Shown: in pieces, positions 53,831 to 64,000 of the stretch
Layout of the letters: each line of letters opens with the position of its first letter
Position numbering within the stretch: position 1 is the first letter of the stretch
Source of the DNA: an uncultured Gammaproteobacteria bacterium
GTDB taxonomy: Bacteria > Pseudomonadota > Gammaproteobacteria > Xanthomonadales > Xanthomonadaceae
Reading direction: 5' to 3'
Length of the DNA: 64,000 nucleotides
Assembly: GCA_965368785.1 (NCBI GenBank)
Contig: CBDUOG010000004.1
Coordinates: 3,550-67,549 of the forward strand
The notes under the pieces: generated by a model
What the model saw: the letters and a program-made list of their open reading frames with translations, nothing else
Told to the model about the DNA's origin: nothing
Databases searched by the model: none
Translations under genes and position numbers: made by a program

Positions 53831-54349
53831 TCAGGAAAAATTTTCAGCCAGCTCATGCAAACCGCGCAAGGCTTGCGCAGCAGTCTGCGAACGAACCGCG
53901 GAGCGATCACCATCGAAATGAAATAAGCGTGCCTGTGGGTAGCCACCGCGCTTTTTCCAGGCGATCCAAACCGTACCCACCGGCTTGTCGTCGGTGCCAC
54001 CGGTCGGACCGGCAATCCCGGTAACCGCAACCGCCAGACTCGCCCCGGAGTGCACCAATGCCCCGGAAACCATTTCCATGACGGTTTCCTTGCTTACCGC
54101 ACCGTGTTCGGTCAGGGTTTCCGGTCGAACGCCCAGCATGGCCTGTTTGGCCTCGTAGCTATACGCGACCATTCCCGCATCAAACCAGTCCGAGCTCCCC
54201 GGAACATCGGTAATCAGCTTGGCAATCCAGCCGCCGGTACAGCTTTCGGCGGTGACCACACTGAGGTGCCGGAGGCGTAATGCGTCACCCAGCTCGGTGG
54301 CTAAATGTTCTAAAGCAGAATCTTCTGCGAGAAGCGAATTGTGCATCAC
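53831..54349 (-). CDS. pncC: CinA C-terminal domain / nicotinamide-nucleotide amidohydrolase
   Basis: TAESCTGG, PGSS, GAVS, TGIAGP.GG, PVGTV. Confidence 0.92.
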   Translation of the reverse strand: MMHNSLLAEDSALEHLATELGDALRLRHLSVVTAESCTGGWIAKLITDVPGSSDWFDAGMVAYSYEAKQAMLGVRPETLTEHGAVSKETVMEMVSGALVHSGASLAVAVTGIAGPTGGTDDKPVGTVWIAWKKRGGYPQARLFHFDGDRSAVRSQTAAQALRGLHELAENFS

Positions 54350-54385
54350 GTTAGACTATAGGACAGCCAGCTATCTTTCCATCCA

Positions 54386-56950
54386 ATGACTCAAGAAAGT
54401 GCCCAACATACGCCGCTCATGCGGCAGTTCTTTGCTGCCAAAGCGGAATACCCCGATTTGCTGCTGTTTTTCCGGATGGGCGATTTCTACGAGCTGTTTT
54501 ACGACGATGCCCGGCGCGCGGCGCGCTTGCTCGATATCACTCTGACCCAACGCGGCAGCAGTGCCGGTGAACCGATCCCCATGGCCGGCGTTCCGGTCCA
54601 TGCCCACGAAGGCTATCTGGCACGATTAATCGCCCTTGGTGAGTCCGTTGCGATCTGCGAACAAGTCAGCGACCCGGCGCAAAGCAAAGGTCTGGTAGAG
54701 CGCAAGGTGGTGCGCGTGGTGACGCCGGGAACGGTTACCGACGACGCGATGTTGCACGAGCGACGCGATTCCTTGTTGTTGGCCATTTGTAAGCTTAAGC
54801 ATCATTTTGGAATTGCCTGGGCCGATTTGGCATCGGGCCGCTTCCGGGTCAGCCAATGCGCCAATGAAGACGCCCTGGCCGCCGAACTGGCGCGCCTTAG
54901 TCCGGCGGAAATTCTTATCGCCGATGACAGCGTCTTTGAGCCGAACACATTATTTGGATTGAAGCCGGTACGCCGACCGCCGTGGTATTTCGATGCGGAA
55001 ACCTGTCGCCGGCAACTGCTGCGCTTTTTCAAGCTGCATGATTTGAGCAGCTTTGGTATCGACGACAAACCCGAGCTGATTGCCGCCGCCGGTGTGCTGT
55101 TGGCCTACGTTGAAGAAACCCAAAAACAGGACGTTCCGCACTTAACCCATATCGCTGCCGAGCATCAAAACGAATGCATCAGCATGAACGCGGCGACTCG
55201 CCGGCATCTTGAAATCGACAGCCGCGCCGATGACCGCGTCGAGCACACCCTACTCGGCGTTTTAGATTCAACGATTACGCCGATGGGTGGGCGCTTGCTG
55301 CGCCGTTGGCTCAATCGGCCATTGCAGGACCAGGCGCAAATCCGCCAGCGTCATCACGCCGTGTCTATGTTGTTAGACAGCCATGCATACATTGAGTTTC
55401 GCGAACTGGCGCGCGGCCTGGGCGATGTGGAACGTATCGCTGCGCGTATCGCGCTGGGTTCGGCACGCCCGCGTGACCTGGCCACCCTGCGCGACGCATT
55501 AAATCGACTGCCGCAGATTCAACAGATTTTAGCTGGCGTGGATGCGCCGCTCATTCAAAACCTAAGCAAAGCTCTTGATCAACACAAACGCGAAGCCGAT
55601 CTGCTGAGCAGCGCCGTGATGCAAACGCCGGCGATTAAAATCAGCGATGGCGATGTGATTGCAGAGGGCTACAGTGCCGAGCTCGACGAGTTACGCGGCC
55701 TGAGCCAAAACGCCGACCAGTATTTGATCGACTTGGAAACCCGCGAGAAAGAAAGCACCGGAATCGCCAACCTTAAGGTGGGCTACAACCGGGTGCACGG
55801 TTATTTCATTGAAATCAGCAAAGCCCATGCCGCCAAAGCCCCGGTGCATTACACGCGCAGGCAGACTTTGACCAATGCCGAACGTTACATCACTGAAGAA
55901 CTCAAACTGTTTGAGGACAAAGTACTGTCGGCCAAAGACCGCGCATTGACCTGCGAGAAGCATCTGTTTGAGCAGCTTATCGACACTCTGGCGCAACGCA
56001 TTACGCAAATCCGTGAGTGTGCCGAAGCACTCTCAGAAATTGACGTGCTGTGCGGCTTTTCCGAACGCGCCGATAGCCTCGACTGGTCGCGCCCGGAACT
56101 CAGTGATTCCCTCGGCATCGACATTCAGCAAGGCCGCCATCCGGTGGTTGAATCAGTGCGCGACGAACCCTTTGAGCCCAACGATCTAATCCTGAATCCG
56201 CAGCGGCGCATGTTGATCATTACCGGGCCGAACATGGGTGGTAAAAGTACCTATATGCGGCAGAACGCCCTGATCGTTTTGCTGGCTTATATCGGCAGTT
56301 TTGTGCCGGCAAAAAGCGCGCTTATCGGCCCCATCGATCGCATCCTCACGCGCATTGGTGCCGGGGATGATCTGGCCCGTGGCCAGTCCACTTTTATGGT
56401 CGAGATGACCGAGACCGCCTACATTTTGCATCATGCCAGCGAGCGCTCGCTGGTGCTGATGGATGAAATCGGCCGCGGCACATCGACCTATGACGGTCTG
56501 AGTTTGGCCGAAACATCTGCGGTACATTTGGCCAACCAGAATAAAAGCTTCACCTTATTTGCCACCCACTATTTCGAGTTAACCAAACTTCCTGAGCAAC
56601 ACGCTGAAATGGCCAATGTGCATTTGGATGCCATTGAGCACGGCGACACATTGGTGTTTATGCATGCAGTCAAAGACGGGCCGGCGAATCGCAGTTTCGG
56701 TTTACAGGTCGCCGCCTTAGCGGGCATGCCACCCAAGGTGGTGCGCGCTGCTGCCGCACGTTTGCGTGAGTTGGAAAAAGGCAATGCAAGCCCGATCGCT
56801 GCCACACCCGACGCGCTGGATTCGCCTATGCAGATTGGCCTATTCAAGCAAAGTGATCCGGCCAGTGAGGCACTGGCCGCTATCGATCCCGACGAGTTGA
56901 CGCCGAAGCAAGCACTCGAGGCGCTGTATCGATTGAAACTATTGCTCTAA
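54386..56950 (+). CDS. mutS: DNA mismatch repair protein MutS
   Basis: [33 protein letters not shown]. Confidence 0.99.
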   Translation: MTQESAQHTPLMRQFFAAKAEYPDLLLFFRMGDFYELFYDDARRAARLLDITLTQRGSSAGEPIPMAGVPVHAHEGYLARLIALGESVAICEQVSDPAQSKGLVERKVVRVVTPGTVTDDAMLHERRDSLLLAICKLKHHFGIAWADLASGRFRVSQCANEDALAAELARLSPAEILIADDSVFEPNTLFGLKPVRRPPWYFDAETCRRQLLRFFKLHDLSSFGIDDKPELIAAAGVLLAYVEETQKQDVPHLTHIAAEHQNECISMNAATRRHLEIDSRADDRVEHTLLGVLDSTITPMGGRLLRRWLNRPLQDQAQIRQRHHAVSMLLDSHAYIEFRELARGLGDVERIAARIALGSARPRDLATLRDALNRLPQIQQILAGVDAPLIQNLSKALDQHKREADLLSSAVMQTPAIKISDGDVIAEGYSAELDELRGLSQNADQYLIDLETREKESTGIANLKVGYNRVHGYFIEISKAHAAKAPVHYTRRQTLTNAERYITEELKLFEDKVLSAKDRALTCEKHLFEQLIDTLAQRITQIRECAEALSEIDVLCGFSERADSLDWSRPELSDSLGIDIQQGRHPVVESVRDEPFEPNDLILNPQRRMLIITGPNMGGKSTYMRQNALIVLLAYIGSFVPAKSALIGPIDRILTRIGAGDDLARGQSTFMVEMTETAYILHHASERSLVLMDEIGRGTSTYDGLSLAETSAVHLANQNKSFTLFATHYFELTKLPEQHAEMANVHLDAIEHGDTLVFMHAVKDGPANRSFGLQVAALAGMPPKVVRAAAARLRELEKGNASPIAATPDALDSPMQIGLFKQSDPASEALAAIDPDELTPKQALEALYRLKLLL

Positions 56951-56953
56951 AAA

Positions 56954-58174
56954 TTAAGCGGCGACGGCAGAATTTAAGCGCGCAATTTTAGCGGGGCCTG
57001 AATCGGCCTGTGATGCGCTCAAGGCGCTGCTCAAGTCCTGCCAGATGTCGTCGACATGCTCGATGCCAACCGACATGCGCAGCATCCCCTGACTGATACC
57101 GGTACGCGCTTGAATGTCCGCTTTGACAACGCGATGGGTCAAGCCTGCCGGATGCTGGATCAGTGAATCCACCGAGCCTAAACTCACCGCAGGCGTAATC
57201 ATCTGCACATGGGCCATTACCGCTGCAGCAGCACGATAGTCGCCGTGCATTTCGAACGCAATCAAACAGCCCGGGCCACGCATTTGCTTAGACAATACAT
57301 GCGAGTTTTTAACCGTGCCCAAACCCGGATAAGCCACCGACTTAACCGCAGGATGCGATGCTAATCGGCTGGCAATTTGCATTGCGTTGCTTTGCGCGCG
57401 CTCAACCCGAATCGCCAACGTACTCAGGCCACGATGTAACAAAAACGCAGCCCATGGGTGCAATAACGCGCCGGTCGCTGCACGCACCGTGCGCAGTGGC
57501 GCTGCACGCCTTTCGCTGCAGCAAACGACACCGGCAATCACGTCGCCGTGACCGCCCAAAAATTTCGTCGCGCTGTGCAACACATAAGCCGCACCAAAGT
57601 CGGCGGGGTTTTGCAGAACGGGCGTGGCGAAGGTCGAATCAACCAATACCGGTACATGTCCGGCCGCAGCAACCACTGCTTGAATATCCACCAGATCCAA
57701 GGTTGGATTGGCCGGCGTTTCAATGATCACCAAAGCGGTGTCGACGCGCAGGTGGGCGCGAATATCTTTGGCCTCAACAAATTGCGCCTCCAGACCCAAC
57801 AAGCCCGAAGCTAACAGGTGATCTGATGTGCCATACAGAGGGCGCACAACCAGTACATGATTTCCGCGACTGCGTGCGTCCATCAGCACAGCCGTCAATG
57901 CCGCCATGCCGGAGCCAAACGCGACGCAGGCCTCGGTTTTTTCCAGACCGGCCACAGCGGTTTCAACGCGGGCCACGGTCGGATTGCTCAATCGAGCATA
58001 AATCGGGTTTTCAGCACTCGCCGCACCAGCCACTAAGGCATCAAAACTGCGGGTGCCGGCATCCAGATCGTGCACCGGATATGTGGTCGATAAATCGACC
58101 GGCGGTGCATGTACGCCCAGCGCCGCAAAGTCTTCGCGACCGCCATGAACAACATTCGTTTCTAAACGCCTCAT
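56954..58174 (-). CDS. Cys/Met metabolism PLP enzyme, methionine gamma-lyase-like
   Basis: YARLSNPT, SGMAA, ETPANP, HSATKFLGGHGD, AVSLG..SLIQHPA, RMSVGIE. Confidence 0.88.
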   Translation of the reverse strand: MRRLETNVVHGGREDFAALGVHAPPVDLSTTYPVHDLDAGTRSFDALVAGAASAENPIYARLSNPTVARVETAVAGLEKTEACVAFGSGMAALTAVLMDARSRGNHVLVVRPLYGTSDHLLASGLLGLEAQFVEAKDIRAHLRVDTALVIIETPANPTLDLVDIQAVVAAAGHVPVLVDSTFATPVLQNPADFGAAYVLHSATKFLGGHGDVIAGVVCCSERRAAPLRTVRAATGALLHPWAAFLLHRGLSTLAIRVERAQSNAMQIASRLASHPAVKSVAYPGLGTVKNSHVLSKQMRGPGCLIAFEMHGDYRAAAAVMAHVQMITPAVSLGSVDSLIQHPAGLTHRVVKADIQARTGISQGMLRMSVGIEHVDDIWQDLSSALSASQADSGPAKIARLNSAVAA

Positions 58175-58207
58175 AGCGCATTTCCTTCGTATGAAGTGGC
58201 AATTTTA

Positions 58208-58252
58208 GGCTTTTATTTGCTAGACTGATTCTCTAACGAATTTTATTTTGCT
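58208..58252. promoter_or_regulatory. Putative tandem Lrp/AsnC binding sites
   Basis: ttttattt(t)gct at 58211 and 58241; cgaattttatttt resembles the E. coli Lrp consensus AGAATTTTATTCT. Confidence 0.55.
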
Positions 58253-58269
58253 GAATAAGGCCCTCAGAC

Positions 58270-58740
58270 ATGCTCGACCAAACTGACTTCGAACTGCTGC
58301 GTCTTTTGCGAAAGAATGCTCGGTTGCCCAATAAAGACCTGGCCGAAAAAGTCGGTATTGCGCCGTCGACCGCTCTGGAGCGAATCCGCCGGATGCGCGA
58401 AAACAAGGACATTCTGGGTTACCACGCCGAGATCGCGCCCAAGGCCGTGGCGATCGGCATCCAGGCATTGGTCGCCGTGCGTTTGCGCCAACATTCGCGC
58501 GACTTGGTCGATACATTCCACACCCACCTGCAAACCCTCAGCGAAGTCCTGGCCTTCTATCACGTAGCCGGAGCCGAAGATTTTCTAGTGCATGTGGGGG
58601 TGCGCGACTCAGACCACCTGCGCGACTTTGCCTTGAGCGCATTTACTGAACGCCCCGAAGTCGGGCATATCGAGACCCATCTGATTTTTGAGTTTCGCCG
58701 CAATACCGATCTGGCTCATTTTCACCCGGAACTCGACTGA
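58270..58740 (+). CDS. Lrp/AsnC family transcriptional regulator
   Basis: LDQTDFELL..NARLPN..LAEKVG HTH, VAGAEDFL; divergent from the PLP enzyme. Confidence 0.95.
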   Translation: MLDQTDFELLRLLRKNARLPNKDLAEKVGIAPSTALERIRRMRENKDILGYHAEIAPKAVAIGIQALVAVRLRQHSRDLVDTFHTHLQTLSEVLAFYHVAGAEDFLVHVGVRDSDHLRDFALSAFTERPEVGHIETHLIFEFRRNTDLAHFHPELD

Positions 58741-58751
58741 GCAGGGAGCAA

Positions 58752-59150
58752 TCACATCGCGTCGATATCACCCAGGGCTCGAATCAACCGACGCGCACGC
58801 TTATCTGGCTTGCTTTCAGGCGGCTGATAGCCCGCACGCTGCGCACCCAACGTCGCACGTAGTTGCTCGCGAGCCTGACGCGATTCTTCAGATTCTGAAT
58901 ATAAAGTCATTGCCTGTTTGGCCGGGCCGCGTTTATCACTGACATCCACGACGCGCACCTCAAATATTTCGGTGCCGCGGGTTACACGCATCTGATCATC
59001 TACACGAACCGGCCGCCCCGCTTTGCAGCGCTGCCCGGCAATTTCAATTTTGCCCGATTCAATCGCCTGCTTGGCTAATGCCCGCGTCTTAAAAAATCGC
59101 GCGGCCCAGAGCCAGATATCTAGTCGGATTTTTTCGTTGGCTTCTTGCAT
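58752..59150 (-). CDS. hslR: Ribosome-associated heat shock protein Hsp15 (S4 domain)
   Basis: RLDIWLWAARFFKTRALA, KPDKRARR. Confidence 0.93.
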   Translation of the reverse strand: MQEANEKIRLDIWLWAARFFKTRALAKQAIESGKIEIAGQRCKAGRPVRVDDQMRVTRGTEIFEVRVVDVSDKRGPAKQAMTLYSESEESRQAREQLRATLGAQRAGYQPPESKPDKRARRLIRALGDIDAM

Positions 59151-59203
59151 TCAAACTTCGTGGGTTGCTGCGAACCATCTTAACGCCGGCTGCGCATCGG
59201 CCA

Positions 59204-59232
59204 CAAACAAAAACGGCCGCGTGAGCGGCCGT
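59204..59232 (-). terminator. Terminator after rplS
   Basis: acggccgc-N4-gcggccgt followed by ttttgttt on the minus strand. Confidence 0.8.
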
Positions 59233-59253
59233 CTGTTGATCGTGCGAAGAAAA

Positions 59254-59625
59254 TTAAGCGATCGACGCTTTGATATCTTCTTTGATGCGTGCTGCTTTGC
59301 CTTCCAGATCGCGCAAGTAGTACAACTTGCTCTGGCGCACTTTGCCTTTACGCTTCACGTCCACCGAATCAATCGCGTGGCTGTGGGTTTGGAATACGCG
59401 CTCAACGCCGTGACCATGCGAAATTTTGCGCACAGTGAACGACGAATTCAGGCCTGCATTTTTCTTAGCAATAACCACGCCTTCATAGGCCTGGATACGC
59501 TCACGGTTGCCTTCCTTCACTTTAACGTTGACGACAATGGTGTCGCCCGGGCTAAAGCTCGGCAGTTCGCGGGTGGTTTGCGCTGCTTCAAAGTCAGCAA
59601 CAATGGACATGTTGAGATTGCTCAT
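59254..59625 (-). CDS. rplS: 50S ribosomal protein L19
   Basis: [33 protein letters not shown]. Confidence 0.99.
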   Translation of the reverse strand: MSNLNMSIVADFEAAQTTRELPSFSPGDTIVVNVKVKEGNRERIQAYEGVVIAKKNAGLNSSFTVRKISHGHGVERVFQTHSHAIDSVDVKRKGKVRQSKLYYLRDLEGKAARIKEDIKASIA

Positions 59626-59729
59626 GATGACACCGGAGTCTTTAAATTAATTGGGTTCGACTGAGACAGAACGCCTCACGAAGTCGGCCATTATAGCCTG
59701 CCAATTCAGCAGATTACCAGCATATTTCG

Positions 59730-60491
59730 CTATGAATCGCTATCTTTGGCCTTGGCCGCCGCCCGTTCTTCTATAAAGGCTTGAAGCAAGCCCTTATCGG
59801 CGGCACTGAGCTGCATTTTCTCCAGTAAATCCGGGCGCCGGAGCCAGGTACGTCCCAGCGACTGCTGGCGGCGCCAACGGGCGATTTTTGCGTGATCACC
59901 CGACAGTAAAACCTCGGGAACGCCCTCAGTGCCATAGCTATCGGACCGAGTGTAATGCGGGCAATCCAATAAGCCATTTTCAAAGCTGTCCTGGGTCGCC
60001 GAGTCGGCATGATTCAGGGCGCCTTCCTGCACCCGCCCCATCGCATCGATCAATACCGCCGCGGCTAACTCACCACCGGAAAGCACATAGTCGCCGATCG
60101 AAACTTCTTCGCTGACGTGTTTATCAATAAAGCGCTCATCCACCCCTTCGTAGCGCCCGCACAGCAGAATCAAATCCGTCATGGCCGCCAGTTCACGGAC
60201 CTTGGCCTGGGTCAGCGGCACGCCCTGCGGGCTCAGATAAATCAGCGGGGCTTGCGGATTTTGCTCACGAATAGCCTCAAGACAGGATTCCAATGGCTCG
60301 TTGAGCATGATCATGCCGGGGCCACCGCCAAACGGGCGCTCGTCGACGCGACGATAATTGCCGGTCGCATAGTCACGCGGATTCCATGACTTCACCGATA
60401 TCAAACCGCCATCGGCCGCGCGTCCAACCACGCCAACGCGTGAGGAGGCATCGATAAAGTCGGGAAACAATGTAATGACATCAACGCGCAT
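59730..60491 (-). CDS. trmD: tRNA (guanine-N1)-methyltransferase
   Basis: [27 protein letters not shown]. Confidence 0.99.
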   Translation of the reverse strand: MRVDVITLFPDFIDASSRVGVVGRAADGGLISVKSWNPRDYATGNYRRVDERPFGGGPGMIMLNEPLESCLEAIREQNPQAPLIYLSPQGVPLTQAKVRELAAMTDLILLCGRYEGVDERFIDKHVSEEVSIGDYVLSGGELAAAVLIDAMGRVQEGALNHADSATQDSFENGLLDCPHYTRSDSYGTEGVPEVLLSGDHAKIARWRRQQSLGRTWLRRPDLLEKMQLSAADKGLLQAFIEERAAAKAKDSDS

Positions 60492-60508
60492 AGGGCTCGA
60501 GGCTGTGA

Positions 60509-61012
60509 TTAAAACTCGGGATCCCAGTCTACCTGCATCGTGCCGGCGGCAATATCTACGTCCAGTACCACGCCGTCGATATACGGCAGATAATGCAGCT
60601 TCTCACCGCGCACAACGACCACATCGTTCGCGCCGGTGGCCAGCATATGCGAGACCTTGCCCAGGCTCACACCTTCTAAGTTGGTGACCGAAAGGCCTTC
60701 CAGATCGACCCAGTAATACTCGCCCGGCTTAGGCTCGGGCAGCTGGCTGCGTTGAATCCAGATTTCCGCGCCGATTAATAGCTCGGCAGCCTCGCGCGTG
60801 TCGATGCTCTCGTGGCGACCGATAATGTTTTTGCCGCGGCTTTCACCGCGCACGCCAACGAGCTCGCGACTTTGGCCACGATGCACAATTTCCCACGGCT
60901 GATATCGAAATAAGGCGTCGCGCGGGTCGGTAAACGACTCGATTTTCATTTCACCGCGCACGCCAAGCACACCGACGATTTTACCGAGCAGCACTTTTTG
61001 CTCTGAATTCAT
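60509..61012 (-). CDS. rimM: 16S rRNA processing protein
   Basis: [29 protein letters not shown]. Confidence 0.97.
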   Translation of the reverse strand: MNSEQKVLLGKIVGVLGVRGEMKIESFTDPRDALFRYQPWEIVHRGQSRELVGVRGESRGKNIIGRHESIDTREAAELLIGAEIWIQRSQLPEPKPGEYYWVDLEGLSVTNLEGVSLGKVSHMLATGANDVVVVRGEKLHYLPYIDGVVLDVDIAAGTMQVDWDPEF

Positions 61013-61082
61013 GGTGTGTCTTTGGAGTTAGGGACTTGCAGGGCAAGTCGAACGGGCCGAGTCTGACTCAGCCCGAACAGAA

Positions 61083-61334
61083 TCAGGCTGCTGCCTTGAC
61101 TGCTTCTTTGTACAAAGCGCTGACTTTTTCGCTCATCTGGGCGCCATTGGCGATCCAGTGCTTTACACGCTCGGTGTCCAGCTCAAGGCGCTTGTCGGCA
61201 CCAGCGGCGATCGGGTTGAAATAACCCACGCGCTCAATATTGCGACCGTCGCGCGCATTGCGGCTGTCGGTAACAATGATGTGATAAAAGGGACGCTTTT
61301 TGGCGCCGCCACGGCTCATACGAATCTTGACCAT
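61083..61334 (-). CDS. rpsP: 30S ribosomal protein S16
   Basis: [33 protein letters not shown]; start at 61334. Confidence 0.99.
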   Translation of the reverse strand: MVKIRMSRGGAKKRPFYHIIVTDSRNARDGRNIERVGYFNPIAAGADKRLELDTERVKHWIANGAQMSEKVSALYKEAVKAAA

Positions 61335-61393
61335 TTCAGTTTGCTCTGTAGTTCTGGGGTCTGCACAGGGCATTTTGGCCCAGTGAATCGCCA

Positions 61394-61422
61394 ATTGTAA
61401 CGGCATTCGGGCCGCTTGGGAA
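61394..61422 (-). promoter_or_regulatory. Sigma70 promoter of the rpsP operon
   Basis: TTCCCA-17 nt-TACAAT. Confidence 0.55.
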
Positions 61423-61430
61423 GCCTCTAT

Positions 61431-62804
61431 TCAGCGCCCGAAACCACCGGGGAATCGGCCGCCCATCAGGCCCTGCATTCCGCGCATCATGCCTTTCATG
61501 CCACCTTTGGACAGTTTGCTCATCATTTTTTCCATCTGCTGGAACTGTTTGAGCATCTTATTGACGTCGGCCGGGGTGGTCCCTGAGCCCCGGGCAATGC
61601 GGGCCCGGCGCGAGCCGTTAAGCAAACCGGGGTTGCGGCGCTCCTTCAGGGTCATCGAGCCGATGATCGCAATCATCCGCGGCACGTCTTTGTTCTGCTG
61701 GGCCTGCGCCTTGAGATGGTCCGGAATCTTGCCCATGCCCGGCAATTTGTCCATCAGACCGGCAATACCGCCCATGCCCTGCATCTGCTGCAGTTGATCG
61801 CGCATGTCGTTGAGGTCAAATTTTTTGCCTTTGGCAACCTTCTGGGCCAGCTTCGCTGCTTTGTCTTTATCGACCGTGCGCTCAACTTCCTCGACCAGCG
61901 ACAGCACATCGCCCATATCCAAAATGCGATTGGCGATACGGTCCGGATGAAATGGCTCCAAGCCATCAGGCTTCTCCGAGACACCGATAAACTTGATCGG
62001 CGCACCGGTGACGTGACGCACCGACAGCGCCGCACCACCGCGCGCATCACCATCGGTCTTGGTCAGCACTACGCCGGTCAACGGCAGCGCATCGGCGAAG
62101 GCTTTAGCGGTCACCGCGGCATCCTGACCGGTCATGCTATCGACCACAAACAAGGTTTCAACCGGTTTGACTTCGGCATGCAGCGCTTTGATTTCGGCCA
62201 TCATGCTTTCATCGATCGCCAGACGACCGGCGGTATCGATCAGCAGGACATCGGCAAAATTCTTTCGCGCCGCATCAATGGCGGAGCGCGCAATATCGAC
62301 CGGCTTTTGATCCGCACTGGACGGGTGGAACAGAGCACCTACCTGCCCGGCCAGCGTTTGTAGCTGGGCGATCGCGGCCGGACGGTACACGTCACAGCTA
62401 ACCACCATGACTTTTTTCTTGCGTCGGCTCGACAGCAGCATGGCCAACTTGGCCACCGTGGTGGTTTTACCCGCACCTTGCAAACCAGCCATCAAGATGA
62501 CGGCGGGTGCCGGCACGTTGAGGTTGATGTCAGCATTGGCGCTGCCCATCACCTCGGCCATTTCGTCGCGCACAATCTTAATGAGCGCCTGGCCCGGGCT
62601 CAGGCTCTTGAGTACTTCCTGGCCAACCGCGCGCTCTTTGATTCGCTCAATTAATGCCTGCACCACCGGCAAGGCCACGTCGGCCTCAAGCAGCGCAATG
62701 CGCACCTCGCGCAGGCTTTCACGAATATTGTCTTCGGTCAGGCGGCCGCGACCGCGCAGGCGTTCAACGGTTGACGATAGGCGCTGGGACAGAGACTCAA
62801 ACAT
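61431..62804 (-). CDS. ffh: Signal recognition particle protein
   Basis: GLQGAGKTT, DTAGR, TKTDGDARGG, Met-rich M domain. Confidence 0.99.
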   Translation of the reverse strand: MFESLSQRLSSTVERLRGRGRLTEDNIRESLREVRIALLEADVALPVVQALIERIKERAVGQEVLKSLSPGQALIKIVRDEMAEVMGSANADINLNVPAPAVILMAGLQGAGKTTTVAKLAMLLSSRRKKKVMVVSCDVYRPAAIAQLQTLAGQVGALFHPSSADQKPVDIARSAIDAARKNFADVLLIDTAGRLAIDESMMAEIKALHAEVKPVETLFVVDSMTGQDAAVTAKAFADALPLTGVVLTKTDGDARGGAALSVRHVTGAPIKFIGVSEKPDGLEPFHPDRIANRILDMGDVLSLVEEVERTVDKDKAAKLAQKVAKGKKFDLNDMRDQLQQMQGMGGIAGLMDKLPGMGKIPDHLKAQAQQNKDVPRMIAIIGSMTLKERRNPGLLNGSRRARIARGSGTTPADVNKMLKQFQQMEKMMSKLSKGGMKGMMRGMQGLMGGRFPGGFGR

Positions 62805-62913
62805 AATTAATCAAACCAACAGGGGCGAGAATTATAACCCTGCGCGCTGGCAAAACACCTAAACCGGCGCTTAGCCGTTCTCAATCGCGCGATGCCTGTG
62901 CGACACTTAGCCC

Positions 62914-63717
62914 ATGCTCAAAACCGCACTCGTCCTTGTCACCAGCAGCGCCTATCTATTCGCCGCATTCCTGATCGCGCGGCAAGTGCTGGGTGATTTT
63001 CCGTCGAAGCAATCCAACCGTGCCATCGCGTTGGCAACGCTCGCGGCGAGCGCTCATTTAATAGTGCATGTGTGGCTGAGCGATGGCGGCATGCCGCAAC
63101 TGCACTTTTTCACTGCGCTGTCGGTTGTGGCACTGGGCATGGCGATTCTGAGTCTGGTTGCATCAGCACTGGAAAAATTATCCGCTCTGGGTGTTCTGGT
63201 TTTCCCTCTGGCCGCGGCCTGCTTACTGCTGTTCGCGTTTGTGCAGAACCCCGGCGCCACAGCCGTTCACCTGAGCTGGCAAATTCAGTTACACGCGGGA
63301 TTTTCCCTGCTGGCCTATGCCACCCTCGCTCTGGCTACATTGATTGCCACAACCCTATGGACTCAAGAGCGCGCGCTGCGCAGCAAACATATCAATGCGG
63401 TGATTCGCGCCCTGCCGCCGATCACCCAAACCGAGGCATTACTGTTTCGTAGTCTGGTCGCGTCCTTCGCCTTGCTCAGTATTGGCTTGCTGACCGGCGT
63501 GGTCTTTGTTGCGGATCTGTTTGCGCAACACCTGGTGCACAAAACCGTGCTGTCTTTGTTGTCGTGGCTATGCCTGCTGATTTTGCTGGTGGGCCATTGG
63601 CGCAATGGCTGGCGCGGTGCGCGCGCAGCGCGTTGGACCTTAAGCGCCATGGTGCTTTTAGCACTGGCGTTTTTTGGCAGCAAACTCGTGTTAGAAATTA
63701 TTCTGCAGCGCGTCTGA
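62914..63717 (+). CDS. ypjD: Cytochrome c assembly family inner membrane protein (YpjD/CcsA-like)
   Basis: Eight TM segments, HKTVLS, GWRG; divergent from ffh. Confidence 0.88.
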   Translation: MLKTALVLVTSSAYLFAAFLIARQVLGDFPSKQSNRAIALATLAASAHLIVHVWLSDGGMPQLHFFTALSVVALGMAILSLVASALEKLSALGVLVFPLAAACLLLFAFVQNPGATAVHLSWQIQLHAGFSLLAYATLALATLIATTLWTQERALRSKHINAVIRALPPITQTEALLFRSLVASFALLSIGLLTGVVFVADLFAQHLVHKTVLSLLSWLCLLILLVGHWRNGWRGARAARWTLSAMVLLALAFFGSKLVLEIILQRV

Positions 63718-63722
63718 GCCGT

Positions 63723-64000
63723 TTAGAAAGCCGCTTCTAAAGCCTGCGACAATCGTTCAACCGCAATCACTTCCATGCCTTTGATCGAGCCTGATTTTGG
63801 CGCATTGGCCTTGGGCACAATGGCGCGCTTAAAGCCATGGGTTGCGGCCTCTTTTAAACGCTCTTCGCCATTGGGAACCGGGCGTATTTCACCGGACAAC
63901 CCCACTTCGCCGAAACTCACCGTGCGCTCGGCAAATGGCTGGTTGCGTAAGGAACTGAGAATCGCCAGCAGCAAAGGCAAATCGGCCGCGGTTTCCTGCA
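63723..64000 (-). CDS. radA: DNA repair protein RadA, C-terminal part (runs off the window end)
   Basis: DLP..LAILSS, FGEVGLSGEIRPV, RLKEAA.HGF. Confidence 0.95.
   Translation of the reverse strand, partial: QETAADLPLLLAILSSLRNQPFAERTVSFGEVGLSGEIRPVPNGEERLKEAATHGFKRAIVPKANAPKSGSIKGMEVIAVERLSQALEAAF

Overview
A core-genome window (about 55% GC) from a Xanthomonadales/Lysobacterales-type gammaproteobacterium; the taxonomy is inferred from gene order and protein similarity recalled from memory. It holds tgt-queA, an orphan DesK/DesR-like pair, a lysine 6-aminotransferase, the yceD-rpmF-fabH-(kinase-like)-fabD-fabG-acpP-fabF-pabB-pabC-mltG-tmk-holB-pilZ run, a CHASE-PAS-GGDEF-EAL protein, GT39 and moxR-DUF58-tgpA-slp, tRNA-Ser-ffs-dnaX-ybaB-recR-HIT, an LPS core cluster (kdkA, GT9), PP2C, dnaQ-rnhA-gloB-fabI, tig-clpP-clpX-lon-hupB-ppiD, 11 tRNA genes, recA-recX-alaS-csrA, cinA/mutS, a methionine-gamma-lyase-like gene with a divergent Lrp, and ffh-rpsP-rimM-trmD-rplS. 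I found no integrase, transposase, CRISPR array or defence genes. The unexplained signal is mostly non-coding: (1) a 113-bp tandem repeat of a putative structured RNA between slp and HIT; (2) RtT-like elements with inverted copies of the tRNA T-arm behind two tRNA-Ser genes; (3) a multi-stem leader in front of the PP2C gene. On the protein side, a kinase-fold protein lacking the catalytic Asp sits inside the fab cluster.
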